A DNA stretch of 64,000 bases from Eledone cirrhosa (taxonomy: Eukaryota), in contig OZ024744.1 in assembly GCA_964016885.1 (NCBI GenBank), positions 62,930,001 through 62,994,000 on the forward strand, read 5' to 3'. Positions within the stretch are counted from its first letter, which is position 1. The number at the start of each line of letters is the position of its first letter. The translations under genes were made by a program, and so were the position numbers. This document shows positions 36,612 to 49,680 of this stretch, one piece after another. Below the pieces are notes generated by a model that was not told where the DNA came from, did not search any database, and saw only the letters and a list, made by a program, of their open reading frames with translations.

Positions 36612-37102
36612 AGCCTTTAACATTTACTATTGTATTTTCACGGTAAAGGCTTTATCTCACATAATATTGAATCTATGAGATTGATATTATTTTGAGAACA
36701 ATACCACAACATCAGTATGAGTAGCTGGTTTAAACAGAAAGAGGTGAAATAATTCTGGGTGGATATGGCTGGTTTAAATACTAAAGAGTTAAGCTGGTGT
36801 TTGTCATATAACTTAAAGGTCCTTACATAAAATTATGATGGAAGATCTTTTGATAATCTAAACATTTTAAAACAAGCAATTTCATATCACAAAAGTTTAG
36901 TATTAAAAAAAATTGGTAAATGAAGTAAAACAAAAACAGAATTCTCTCAGCTCTTTCTGTTCAAACCAGTTGTAACCAACCACTCATACTGATGTTAAGG
37001 TATTGTTCTCAAAAAATAAATAACATCAAAATCTTATAGGTAAAGCCTTTACCGTGAAAATACAATAGTAAATATAGAGTAATGTAAATGTTAAAGGGTT
37101 AA
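36612..37102. mobile_element. Two inverted copies of a ~190 bp TTAA-flanked MITE
   Basis: Ends of type AACCCTTTA.CATTTA / TAAATG.TAAAGGGTT; other copies at ~5810-5997 and 52426-52630. Confidence 0.6.
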
Positions 37103-37501
37103 GATAATAAGCAATACAATTAAATTATAAGTTACAGGAACTCAGGGAAAAACGAAGAGTGGCAGATTTTCCTACTAAAATTTAAGTTCAAGAAATTATT
37201 TGTTCAGCTGGGCAAATAAGAAACAATTAGTATAAAAATATAAACAAAAAGAATTTCTTCTTAAATAAAAGAATTTTATTTCTCAATAAAAGTTATAAAA
37301 ATTAAAAGTTAGGCCTGAGTACTTTGCAATGACAAAAAAAAAATCCATACAATTTTAAAAATAAAGTTACAAGGCCATGAAAGATCGATATTCATGACAT
37401 TTCAGTGATAAAGATTTGAAGTATATTGAATGTGTTCATAATTTGGCAATAAACCAGCATAAGCCATTTGGCAAAAACTTTATCATCTCCCTTATCTCAC
37501 A

Positions 37502-37642
37502 TTATATATATATATACATACACACACACACACACATATATATATTATATAGATATAGATATATATATAGATATAGATATATATATATAGATATATATAT
37601 ATAGATATATATATATATAGATATATATATATATATAGATAT
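37502..37642. repeat. Compound (TA)/(CA)/(ATAG) microsatellite
   Basis: Direct inspection. Confidence 0.95.
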
Positions 37643-39022
37643 ACATTTATTTTTTCTTCAAATAGCCCAATATAGACTATCAAGTCAATTATATTTAGAT
37701 ATAATCAAGATAGCTCTAAGATTCAATCAAAACTTGTCTCTAATAATAAAGAAAAAAACTTTTAGGCTTAATATGAGAACGGAAGCAAAAAAAAAATCAT
37801 TGGTGGAAAAAGTTGTCAGGTCCAATTATAAAATATTCAATTGCTTAAAAATATGAAGTCATTTTTTAAGATTAATAAATTAAATTAAAATAAAACACCA
37901 CCACTTGGCTGCATTTTGTATCAAGTGGATCAATTTTGATTTCTATTCTCTTGTTAAGAATCACTATAAACTATTTTGTCATTGAAATAATACTCAATGC
38001 TCAAGATTATATTGATATAAAATATTTCTTTTAAATCTAGTAAAGCTATTGGTTTGTCTTAACAACTAAAAGGTGTATGGATCTATAAATTTGTAGTTTA
38101 AATATATAATGTTTTAAAAAAAGTCATTTGGCTATATTATATTTTGTGAATGGATGTTTTTAAAAATTAATTTTGAGAAACTTCCAAGGTAAGGATTTAA
38201 GTAAACTTTCAAAGGAGGATGATAATTAAAAAAATTTAATTGTAGTTGAAAATGTGCAGCAATATTTTCTAGAATAAAATAACACATACTGATGAGGTTT
38301 GGGAATAAATAACTAAGGATTTATCTATCTAGCCTTCTCAGTCCATTTTCTGTATAGGTTGGTTATTATATGGATTGGTTATGCACTAAAAAACAATTAT
38401 AATTATGTATGTGTGTGTGTGTGTATATACACACACACACATACATACTAAGTGTGCATGAAATTAAACCTTAATCAAGTACAAAATAATGGGAAATATA
38501 CAAAGAAAATGATAATTTAAAATGTTTTGTTTTTTAATCAACGAAATAGTAAATCTTGATGTTTTTAGATCAGGTGGAAGAAGGAAGCTACCAACAAGAA
38601 TCCTTCCACATTTATGCACCAATGTAGGTATTACAGTCATTATCTGCAGGACTTCAATACACAGGATTAAGTGTATCAGGTTTCAAAAATACAAAAAAAA
38701 AAAAAGAAAAAAAAAGAAACAAACAAATAAACTTGTTGATTAAAATACAATGAATAAATCAACTTTTTAGTTGTCAAGTAGCTTGGTTTTGTAATTATAG
38801 ATTTAAACTCTCAACCTGAAATGAAAAAAAAAAAAAAAATATCCAAAGTGTATGAATGGCTACATAAATTTGATATTTGAGAGAAATTGTTTAAAGCTAA
38901 GAAGAATCAACAATATACAAGTGACTTTAACATATCTTTAACGTATTTAAAGTACACAAAATTGCTGTATGCCAAAAGTTTTTTTTTCCTTTTTTGAAAT
39001 CTTCAAATTTGACCAATCAAAA

Positions 39023-39097
39023 TCACCAAAGTTGGTGACAATGGCCACCAGGAGGTTGAGAAATTCTCGTATGCATAACTTCTGATGATTCATTTGC
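39023..39097 (-). CDS. JPT1: Jupiter/HN1-family terminal coding exon
   Basis: ANESSEVMHTRISQPPGGHCHQLW* matches the Jupiter C-terminal PPGGxxxxLW; TTTTAG acceptor, phase 0. Total CDS 387 nt. JPT1 vs JPT2 orthology not resolvable here. Confidence 0.82.
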   Translation of the reverse strand, partial: ANESSEVMHTRISQPPGGHCHQLW

Positions 39098-42000
39098 CTA
39101 AAAATAAAAATAAATTAAATCATAAACGATAATTAAAGATATGAAAAGAAAAAAAATCCAATGTTAGATACAGTTAAAGAATATGTTTAATTTCCATGAA
39201 AAACTACTGATGGATTTAAGCTTTCTTAGTGTCCTTGCGATTATTTATGGTAGTGAAAAATGACTTTGGTACCCCAACTTCAGCTAAGCATCCCCACACC
39301 ACGCTCACACATTAATCAGTCCCTATGTTTAAACTTTGCTTTTTTAATAAGGTGGTGAACAGGTAGAGGAGTCAGAATGTTGGATTATATGCTGTTCTGG
39401 TTCTCTGAGTTCAACTTTACCTTTCATCTTTTCAGGGTTGATAATATACAGTAGTAGTTCAGGGTGGAGAATTGGTGGAGTTCCCAATCAGGGTTGATAA
39501 TATACAGTACTAGTGGAAAATAATGTGACCTACCACTCAAATGGTAGTACTGTGTACAGAAATGGTATCTATCATATTGTGCAAGAGAAACTACAATCTG
39601 AAAGAGTATGTTACGTGGAAGAGAAATTTCTAATTAATAGAACATGCATCCCACCCTGACTACTTTCAAATGCCTTCTTGCTATTTTAAAGCAAACATTA
39701 TTAATATAGATAAATTTCTACATCAAATATTTTGTCACTGAATTTCATCAAGAATATTTTGATAATATCTAAGATGGTAGGAATGTATGTTTGAAAGTAA
39801 TATTGAACATAAGAATTAAAATGAAGAGTTTAGTAGAAACTATCCAACTCTGCTGTATGAATGGTTTGTGACTTTACAATCTACATCATCAAAATATATC
39901 CATTCTAATTTTAGCATAGTTTCTACAGTTAGATGCCCTGCCTAAAGCCAATAATTTTACAGTGTGTACAAATGAAATATACGTAATGACAATTGCCTGT
40001 GAGAACGTCTCAACAAAGTCAAATTTCCCTCAAACATCTCTAACATCTTAAAAATGGTTGAATATATTGGAAATCTCAAGTTGGCCATGGCTAGAAGGCC
40101 AGTATGATTATTAAGTTGTCAAAGAAAATCATATTTTAACTTAGGGATACACTGAAAACAAAATTTCATGTGTATTTTGACTGTTCATTTCTCTGGTGCA
40201 TCTGTCATGTACAAAGTCCACTTTCACTGTCAGTCTGCCTATGATCCCACCACACTTAGGTGCATTCATAGTACACAATAGGTACACTGTTTGAACTTTT
40301 ATTTACTCCTTTTCTACATATTAAGCATGACCATTTGACTAAGGATCCTATCTTTTTTCCTGCATACTAAAACTTTAGTGTTTACTAAGTTTACTTTGAG
40401 GTCTCACATTTCAAAAGTTTTGCTTCCATAACTGGATACCTTTTCTAAATCTTCAACAGATTCTGATAAAAGAAGTAAATCATCAGCATTAAGCTCCTCT
40501 GTAATGACATGGCCTTATATGCTATAACAGGAATTTAACCCTTTTGGTACCGCATTTCTAATGAAAGACACTACCTATGACCTAGGTAGTGTCTTTCATT
40601 AGAGAATTAGGAAGGAATCTAGTAATATAATTTTCTCATTATCATAATGGTTTATGGATCATAATGAATTAATAAATGTTCTTATATAAAAATTATGATG
40701 GAAGATTCTGAGCACTTAGAATGTCCAAGGAAAGAATCGCTGGACAGGATCTGTTGGAAGGTGTGCTTGAGGACTCTACCCTCATGAATAAGAGGGCAAA
40801 GAAGAAAATAAACAGCTTTGTATCAGGTGGTTTGGTATCAAAACAATAAATTCAAGAGTGAGCTGAGAACTGAGTCCTGGTGAACCCCTACCAGCATGCT
40901 AAATTTGTTGATGTCATTGCAGACTCTCACCTTGTGAAATGCACCTCTGTACAGCCTTCACAATCCATTCATCTACCCACTGCTTCCTTAGTAATGATCA
41001 GATTACAGAGTGTGAAATCCTGTCAATGGCCTTCTCGGTTCTTCTGTGATATCTTTTTCATCTTCCCTCTGAAGTATACTATGAAAATTCATGTATAACC
41101 ATCCCAACCTAGCTCAAAATCTGATACCTTAGTTAGCTTGGCACCAGCGTTTTCAGTTTTTAATCCTCAGATGTTACCACAGTGTCATTGATGGATAAAT
41201 CACTGTCAGTACTGCTTCAAGATTTGTATTTTTTGCAATACTTCCTTGCATCAACAGATGATGATTTAGAATTTACACTAATATTATATTTCAAACAAAA
41301 CAAAGCAAGTTTGTTCTTAGCTTTGTATCATCATCAACATCATCATTGTTTAATTTTCATTTTTCCACACTAGCATGGGTTAGACAAGTTGTCCCGTTGT
41401 GAGACAAGCCAGATCAGATGACCATGTCTTTCTCTTACAGAACTGATTTTGGCATGGTTTTTTTACAGTTAGGTGCTTTCCTAATGCCAACCTCATTTAC
41501 AGTGCAGACAGTGCTTTTTATCCTGGCACCATAACGACCACTTTACAAGTGTGGGCTGGGCACTTTTTGTCATGATTCCAAAACAACCACTTTACAGTGT
41601 GGACTGGGCACTTTTTGTCATGACACCTACATGACCCCTCTACAGAGTGGATGGTGGTTTTTGCCGTGGTGCCTAAGCAACCACCGTAAAGTGTGGACTG
41701 GGTGTTTTTTGTCATGACATCTACATGACTACTTTACAGTGTGAACTGGGGACTGGGTGGGGGGAAATACAAGGTAGATCTGAGGCACTTATCTGATGAA
41801 GCGTGGTGTGTAGGGACGGGGGTGAAGGGTGGGGTGTATATGTATTTAAATCCATTTGCATTTTAACATCACACCATATGCTTTGCTACCAAAGCATCAG
41901 CCTCTATTATCTTTATAAATTCCAGTTTCTGATTCACAGAAAGGGTCACATGCATCTACTTTAGGTAATTACTCTCCCTTGAAGTCATGATGTTGTAAAA

Positions 42001-43170
42001 TATACACTTCAAAGAAGCCAAATCGCAGAAACCACAAAGAAAATTACAGGGAACGCACAATACTGATACTAAAATGGTGGGAAGTCAACATTCACAGTTA
42101 CTCTCTTAACCTAGAGTCTATTCAATATCTGGTTTAAATGGAGTACATTTTAACATGGGAGTTTTATATTCAGTTATTTAATTTAAAGGATCAATATAAT
42201 TATAAACTTTGGAAGTGCTGGTGACAATATTTTGACTTATTCCCAATGTTTATTACCCCAAATCTAATGCAATTACTGTATTTGATGGCATTTAAGATCC
42301 ACAGTCCATTTCAAAAGAGAATAGAAAAGATGTTTTGTATAATTATGGTCTAGTAAATACACTTTATATATAAGACCTGGATGATATTCTTTGAGACTTT
42401 TTTGATTAAAAAAAAAAAAAATTAAATATAGGATTTATATGCCATTAAATCATTACCAGCATTTGGGTGCATTTTATCATGGCATAAACCTTACCATTTT
42501 ACAAAAGTGGATTGAATGCATGTTATCATGACAGAGCATGAACTAGATGTTTTTTATCGTGACACTACATGCGTATGCACACACTGGCTGGGTACATTTG
42601 AAATTATTTCAAATTGCAAAACAGAGTAGTTAGAAACTTTAAAATATATTAACTGATGATGGGAATTCCTGGTACAAGCATCAGCACTTCTCTGCTGACA
42701 AGAGACAGGATATGAACTCAGAACACACAAGACCTTCCATCTAACTCTTTAATAATTCCAGCAATGCACCACCTCTGGACTGGTACTTAATTTCTAAAGT
42801 TAACCATGGCAAGATTTGAAATCATAGTGCTGACTCCTGGAACAAATACTGCAGCATTTAAGCTGACACTCTAATGACTCAACCAATTTACTGCCAATAT
42901 TTGTAGTCAATATTTGTGTGTAAGGCTTCTGTACTGTAAACATATCTGACCCATGCTTTCATGGATAAACAAATGATTTTCATTAACTGAAATTAGGTAA
43001 AGGAGAAAATCTAACATTGAACTTCCATTTTTTTTAAAAATGGAACGTTCTAATTCCAATAAAACCCTCCAAAACTGTAATAGTCTAATATTTAATCATA
43101 TTTCAATGATATAATATATTGCATTGATAAGACAAAATTATTAAGGAATTATGAAAATAAGATAACTTAC

Positions 43171-43205
43171 TCCTCCTGTACTGTTGATTGGATCCTTGAA
43201 GTAAC
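43171..43205 (-). CDS. JPT1: Jupiter/HN1-family exon 3 (35-nt small exon)
   Basis: TTTCAG acceptor and GTAAGT donor; GYFKDPINSTGG; phase 1 to 0, which bridges exons 2 and 4 exactly. Confidence 0.7.
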
Positions 43206-43354
43206 CTGAAAATAAATATTTTGAATTACCAGATTAATGGTTCCAAAGTATTTTTTAAAATAATAAAAGTACAATTTGAAATTTTGAACAACTAAAAATG
43301 TAACAATTTTAGTAAAAAAAAAAAATTGATCCTTTATATGTATATATAAAATTA

Positions 43355-45646
43355 TCATCATCAGGTTTAGCCTCCGTGTTCCACGCTTGCATGGGTTTGG
43401 ACGGGGGTTTTCCCACTTGAGGCAAGAGTGGTTGTCTTGCTCGCATAGGACTGTCTGGCGGGTTTTCTACAGTTGGATGCCCTTCCTAACACCAACCACA
43501 TTTACAGTGTAGGGCTGGGATGTTTTACCGTGTTGCCTACACGGCCACATTACAGCGTGGACTGTCTGGCGGGTTTTCTACAGCTGGATGCTCTTCCTAA
43601 CACCAACCACATTTACAGTGTGGGGCTGGGAGGTTTTTACCGTGTTGCCTACACGGCCACATTTACAGCGTGGACTGTGAGTTTTTTTGTCGTGACACCT
43701 ACACGATCTCATTTGTTTCGGCCTGGATGTTGTGGGACCAACATAACTTTACATTGAAAGGGGCGGTGTGGATGGGGTGGAGGTGGTGGGACCGGGGGGT
43801 GTTTTGATAGAGATGCCTACTGACTGTAGTAGGGTTTTACTTTGTATTTAGGTAAGGCGGGTCTTCTCTATTACTGAGTACCGCCAAAGGTCTCGGTCCA
43901 GTGACATTGTCTTGGAGAGGTGTAAGCGTGTGAGGTCGGAATTTATCAGCTCGTCCCATGTTTTTCTGGGTCTGCCTACTCCGTGGCTACCGTCTATCTT
44001 TATTGCCCTGCACTTTGTTATACAGCTGTCGTCTTTCATGCGCATCACGTGACCGTACCAACGTAGCCTTCTCTCGAGTAAACAACATCTGATCCCTCTT
44101 ATTTCTAATTTTTTCCTTAGTTCGTTTATCCTTTGCCGTTCACGTATATTACTATTGCACATCCAGCGGAGCATGCAAGCTTCGTTCCTCTCTAGTCTGC
44201 GTATATCCTCTGCACACAATGCCCAGGTCTCACTGCCATGCAGCATTGCTGTTCGTATGCAGGCATCGTATAACCTGCCTTTCATTTTTAGGGAGAACCC
44301 TCTAGCGGCTAATAGTGGTATAAGCTCTCTGAACTTTTTCCATCCAGTTCTGACTCTAGCTACTGTACTTTCAGAGCACCCTCCCCCACTGCTGATTTTG
44401 TCACCCAGGTAACGGAAGCTGTCCACTATTTCTATAGAACCCTCCGCGCAGTTGAAGGAGCTAGTATTTTGTGGGCACTTGCTGCTACTTATTGCACCAG
44501 AGCACCGGCCACATGTAAAATCTATGTTCTTAGTTAGCTTACCTGTGATCCCACTACATCTTTTATGCACCCATACTTTGCATTTGGGACATAAAATGGA
44601 GTTTCTACCTACGCCTTTCCTACACACTGAGCATGGCCATTTCCCAGATGGGACTGCAGCCTTATTTTCTTTCCTACAAACTAGAACTTTAGTCTTAGCC
44701 AGGTTAATTTTAAGGCCTTTTGATTCTAGGCCGTGCTTCCATGTTTGGAATTTCTTCTCTAGTTCGGTCATTGATTCAGCTATGAGCGTTAGATCATCTG
44801 CGTATAGGAGTTCCCATGGGCAGCCGGTCTTGAACTCCTCTGTTATAGCCTGAAGGGCAATAATAAATAGTAGGGGGCTAAGAACAGAGCCCTGATGGAC
44901 ACCAACTTTTACGCTAAACTCTTCATTATATTCGTTGTTAATTCTAACCTTACTGACTGTTTCTTTATACATGGCTTGTATAGCTCTCACAAGCCATTCG
45001 TCAACACCTAGTTTTCTAAGAGACCACCAGATAATGGAACGGGGGACTCTGTCGAAGGCTTTCTCCAAGTCGACGAAAGCTAAGTATAGGGGTTTACTTT
45101 TAGTTAGGTACTTCTCCTGTAGTTGTCGTACAATGAAAAGAGCGTCTGTGGTACTTTTGCCTGACACAAATCCGAACTGCATTTCATCTAGATCAATTCT
45201 CTCTCTGATTAGTTGCGCTATTACTTTTTCCGTGACCTTCATGACCTGGTCGATTAATTTAATGCCTCTATAGTTACTCCTATCTAGGGCATCTCCTTTT
45301 CCCTTATAGCAGTTAACGATGATGCTGCTACGCCAGTCCTTCGGAACAACCCCATTCTGTACGACTTGGTTAACTATCCGGGTGACCATGGTGTGTCCCA
45401 CCGAACCAGATGCCTTCAGCATCTCAGCAACTATTTCCGAAGGACCAGCCGCCTTACCCGTCTTCATATCTTTGATTGCCTTGCTTATTGTACTACCCTG
45501 GACTAACACTGCTGGTCCCTCTATTGGGTCGATGTGGGGGAGACTGTCTTTCTCCCATTTGTTCTCCTCATTTAGAAGCCTTTCGTAGTGACACTTCCAA
45601 GCTACCTTCTTATCAGCGTCGGTGATGGCAAGTATGCCATCATCGT
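43355..45646 (-). mobile_element. RTE LINE, 5'-truncated (subfamily B), in Jupiter intron 2
   Basis: Uninterrupted 553-aa ORF 43848-45509 with NYRGI, AFVDLEKAFD, GVHQGSVLSP, YADD and a C4HC3 finger; ~490-bp 3' UTR with an internal ~110-bp duplication and GAT tail. Confidence 0.95.
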
Positions 45647-45799
45647 TATATATATATATATATAATTCATTTTTGAATTTGTTTTGAGAGATTTCTCATC
45701 TGAAAATGTCTGTTGAAACAGATATTGTTATACTTTGGGAGGGTCATGCTGCCAATAAAAACGCACGGACCTGTTGGATTTTCTCTTCAATTTATTATA

Positions 45800-46488
45800 G
45801 ATTTAGAAGGGCGGCCCTAGACAAGCTCAAATTAAATATTAAGATAGTTGAAAGACCAGATATTCCCATAAAAACTCTAATTAACAAAACATACCCATTT
45901 CAAAGATCCCCCTGTGCTGATAGGAAATGCAAATTTTGCATTTCCTAAGTTCACAAATTAACTGCAAAACTAGGAACATAGTATAAAGTATAAGATGTAC
46001 TGAGGGACAGTGTAGGAATAAAGAATATAACATACATAGGTGAAACAGCCCGTAGCATAGGAGAAAGGATAAGTGAACACTGGCGAGAACTCCAGGATGG
46101 GAAAAACTCATCAGTACTCCACCAACATGCCAAAATAGAACATTGGGGCACATTTGAGAACATAGAGATAAAAATTATCCACACACAGAAAAGATGCAAT
46201 GTTCAGGTAAATCACAGAGGCAACAACTCCAACCAAAATTAAATATAAAACATGAGTGGAACTAGTAATTAAGGACAAAATGAAGACATACAGACACACA
46301 AAAAAAAAAAAAACTAACAAAACAAATCAGACACACACATAGAACAACCAACCAACTAGTGACAAATAAATAAACGCACACCACACAAAATCAAAACCTA
46401 GTCACTGAGGAGGTCACAGATGTATAATGAAAGCGCTGAGAATATATAAACAACCTTCCGGTTATCAAACCAATCAACCAACCGGAAA
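45800..46488 (+). mobile_element. Penelope-like element 3' remnant (GIY-YIG endonuclease)
   Basis: Frameshifted CADRKCKFC...NCKTRNIV*SIRC...YIGETARSIGERISEH...SVLHQHAKIEH; downstream CTGAGGAG...GAAA at ~46405-46433. Confidence 0.8.
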
Positions 46489-48209
46489 TCTATACATATA
46501 TGTATATAAAACTGTAGTTGTCTGTGTCCTAATTTTTGCAAAGTCTATACAAATCCACATTTCTACTCCGATTGACTTTAAACTTGAATTTATATATTTC
46601 TTGCGGTCTAAAGATATTAACTGCAGCTTTTATTTTTCAATTTTCTGTTGTTAATGGCATTTTTTTCCACTAAAACTGTCAGCAATTTTGTCTACAATGT
46701 TCAAGAGAGATAACTCTTTAGTATTTTGAAAGAGTTACCTCTCTTTATAAAACTGAGGATGTCTGTCTGTGTGTGTGTGTGTGAGTTCGAATCCCTAAAA
46801 CTCGAGAACCACCCAACCGACTCTTTTCAAACTTTACACATGTAATACTTATGTTTCAGGAAGTGTTCTGAGAAAAACAAATTTCAAATTTTCAATGCCC
46901 TAGCGATCTCGCTCTATAATTCTTAGTCTTTCTCTTTTTAGATAGATACATACATATAACGTCGCGCCCTTATAATATCTGTCTGTATGTCTGGCTGTCT
47001 GCTGCCTCCGGTTATTCTTCCACCCTTGCTCAAGACAAATCTCACACTCATTCCCCAAACAGTTGGTAGGTACACACAACTTCTTCCTCACGTTTTAAGC
47101 CACAGTGTTGCTTAGTTACATACCACCAGACCCTTATTTCTTTGCCAGCCGTGGTTGTGGCAATACTAAGCTTAGCTAAGGCGGTTATATATTTCACACA
47201 ACACTAAAAATGAAAGCCGATAACTATGTATTAGTCAGTCTCTTCATACCGTGAGCAAAGAAAATCCAACTTTTAGTGGAGCGAGTGAAATAAAGTCGAC
47301 TCTGCTGCAATTCAAAAATCAGGTTTGCAGGTTTTATATTTCATACAACACTAAAAATTAAAGCCGGTAAAGAAAAACATCGCTGTAATAGCTTCAGCTT
47401 GTTTACTTACGTGCCTTTACGAGAATAAAAGTTACTATTTTACCGCTTAGTATTGTAGAGAAGCACCAAACCGACTTTCAAACTTTACACATGTAATACT
47501 TATGTTTCAGGGAGTGTTCTGAGCAAAAAATTTTTCAAATTTTCGCATTAGGCGATTTAGCAATCTCTCTATAATTCTTAGTCTTTCTCTTTTTAGATAG
47601 ATACATACATATAACGTCGCGCCTTTATAATATCTATCTGTATGTCTGCATTACGTCACTTCCCTGAGGATGTCTGTCTCTGTGTGTGTATCTGTGAGTT
47701 TGAATCCCTAAAACTCGAGAAGTACCCACCCGACTTTTTTCAAACTTTACATGTGTATTACTGCCCGCATTAGGTGAAAAACTGCATTTTAAAAGCTTTT
47801 CAGGGTTTTTTTGAGGCGTTACGTCAGACCGATTTCCTTGAGATTGTAACTATGTATTAGTCAGTGTCTTCTTCATACCGTAAGCAAAGAAAATCCAACT
47901 TTTTATGGCCTAGGGCCCGCATTAGGTTCAGCTTCTTAGGGCTTTTTTGAGGCGTTACATCTAGCTGATTTTCCCGAAATTTCAAGGCATATTATGCACA
48001 TAAAAAAAATTCATTTTCTTGATCCTCTAGGGCCCACATTAGGTGAAAACGTGCATTTTTCCTGCTTCATCGAGGAAAATCTTGAAGATTATCCAGCCAT
48101 CAGTGTATTCGGTTTATTTTCTTTACATATTGTCCAGGCATGCAGTTTTTCCACGATTAGGTCTGTTCCAAAATACCTTATCCCGTGCAACGCCGGGTAC
48201 CACTGCTAG
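46489..48209 (+). mobile_element. Non-autonomous Helitron, compound
   Basis: A|TCTATACATA 5' end; 3' hairpin CCCGTGCAACGCCGGG then CTAG|T; internal duplicated modules; a second 3' end (CCCGAGCAACGCTGGG...CTAG|T) at 48655-48682. Confidence 0.8.
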
Positions 48210-49149
48210 TAGACTATATTATTCCTACTTAAACGTACATCCCTTGAAATTGTTGATGGTGACCCCAATAATAACGACACGTTCGGCATCCGATATAACA
48301 GTTCGGGCTATATCAGATTGGGTAGATTTTTGTAACCTTAAAAGTATCCAACTAAATTCCTTCATGCTCTCTGCAGTCCCACATGCTTACTGCTCTGTAA
48401 CTACTTTCTTTGTACCATAGCACAACAAATACATGTTCGGTTTGTCAAATGCCTTTTTACTTAACCCTATCGTCTTGGCTTTTGTGGGTTGAACATTTTA
48501 CTCTCAGGCACCCAATTAAGTTAAACCCCTGGTAATCTAAGACAAATTTTTTTTTATAAGCACAAACTGTAGACACCATCCCCAGGCCGAGGTATTCCGT
48601 ACTTCTCTGTACTGTTTCAGAAAGGAGGGATAAACATGCCAATCTGTTTAGAAGCCCGAGCAACGCTGGGCCATTCTGCTAGTTTATAATAAATTGAAGT
48701 AAAAACCAACAGGTATGTGTGTTTTTATTGGCAACATGATCCTCCCAAAGTATAACAATATATATGACTTTTGGTTTTTCTTACTACAGGAGTTAAGGAG
48801 AATCGTTTCAAATATGTATATAATACAAAATAGTGGAGAGTGTATATTTATTTCACATAATTTACCCTTACAAAATGATCATTTCGTTTCACCCTGAGGA
48901 ATTGTTTTGAACAAAATGAGATAATATTGTAAGGATAAATTACGACAAATATGTACGTCTCGTTTAGCATCTATTTTTCCATGCTTGCATGGGTTAGACA
49001 GGTCGTCCATGACAGGAAACAAGTCTGGCCAGAATTGGCCATGCCGTACCTTGCTCCACCGGGACTGTAAATTTGGCTGTGGATTTTACAGCTAGATGCC
49101 CTTCCTAATACCAACCACACATATATAAATTCTTTATCACCATATCATT

Positions 49150-49680
49150 TTCAGTCTGTTTCTCATTAGTGATATCAGTTGGACAATTTATACAGTGTCT
49201 CACTACTTATTCTGAGATCAGCCATCATTACTTCTTTTGTCTTTCTCTTACACACATTCCATCTACTTGCATCATTTGTCACCCCCCCCCCCCCCCCCTC
49301 ACAATCATTTTCATGTGTATTACATGTCCATACAAATTGGAATCCTCCCTTTTGCACACCGCAACCAATACTATGAGGTACAGTTTTTGTCTTAGCAAAC
49401 TCCTACTCATTCATCTACACTCACATTATACATCCAACAGAGCTTGCCCCCGTTCATTTCTTTCCAACTTCCACACATCCACCACATTCAATGCCAATGT
49501 CTCACACTACCATATAATATCACACTTCATACACAGGGTATCATACAGTCCACTCTTTACTTTGAGATGTAAACTTATGATGTAAACCCAATGAAGCTTT
49601 TCAGTTAATCTTTATTCTGGCTACAATAATTTTACAACATCCACCTCTATTATCAACTGTATCTGGTAGCTAACAAAAGC
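49150..49680 (-). mobile_element. Degraded RTE 3' fragment
   Basis: Decayed similarity to the RTE C-terminus (GHVIHM, LLDV-like region). Confidence 0.45.
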
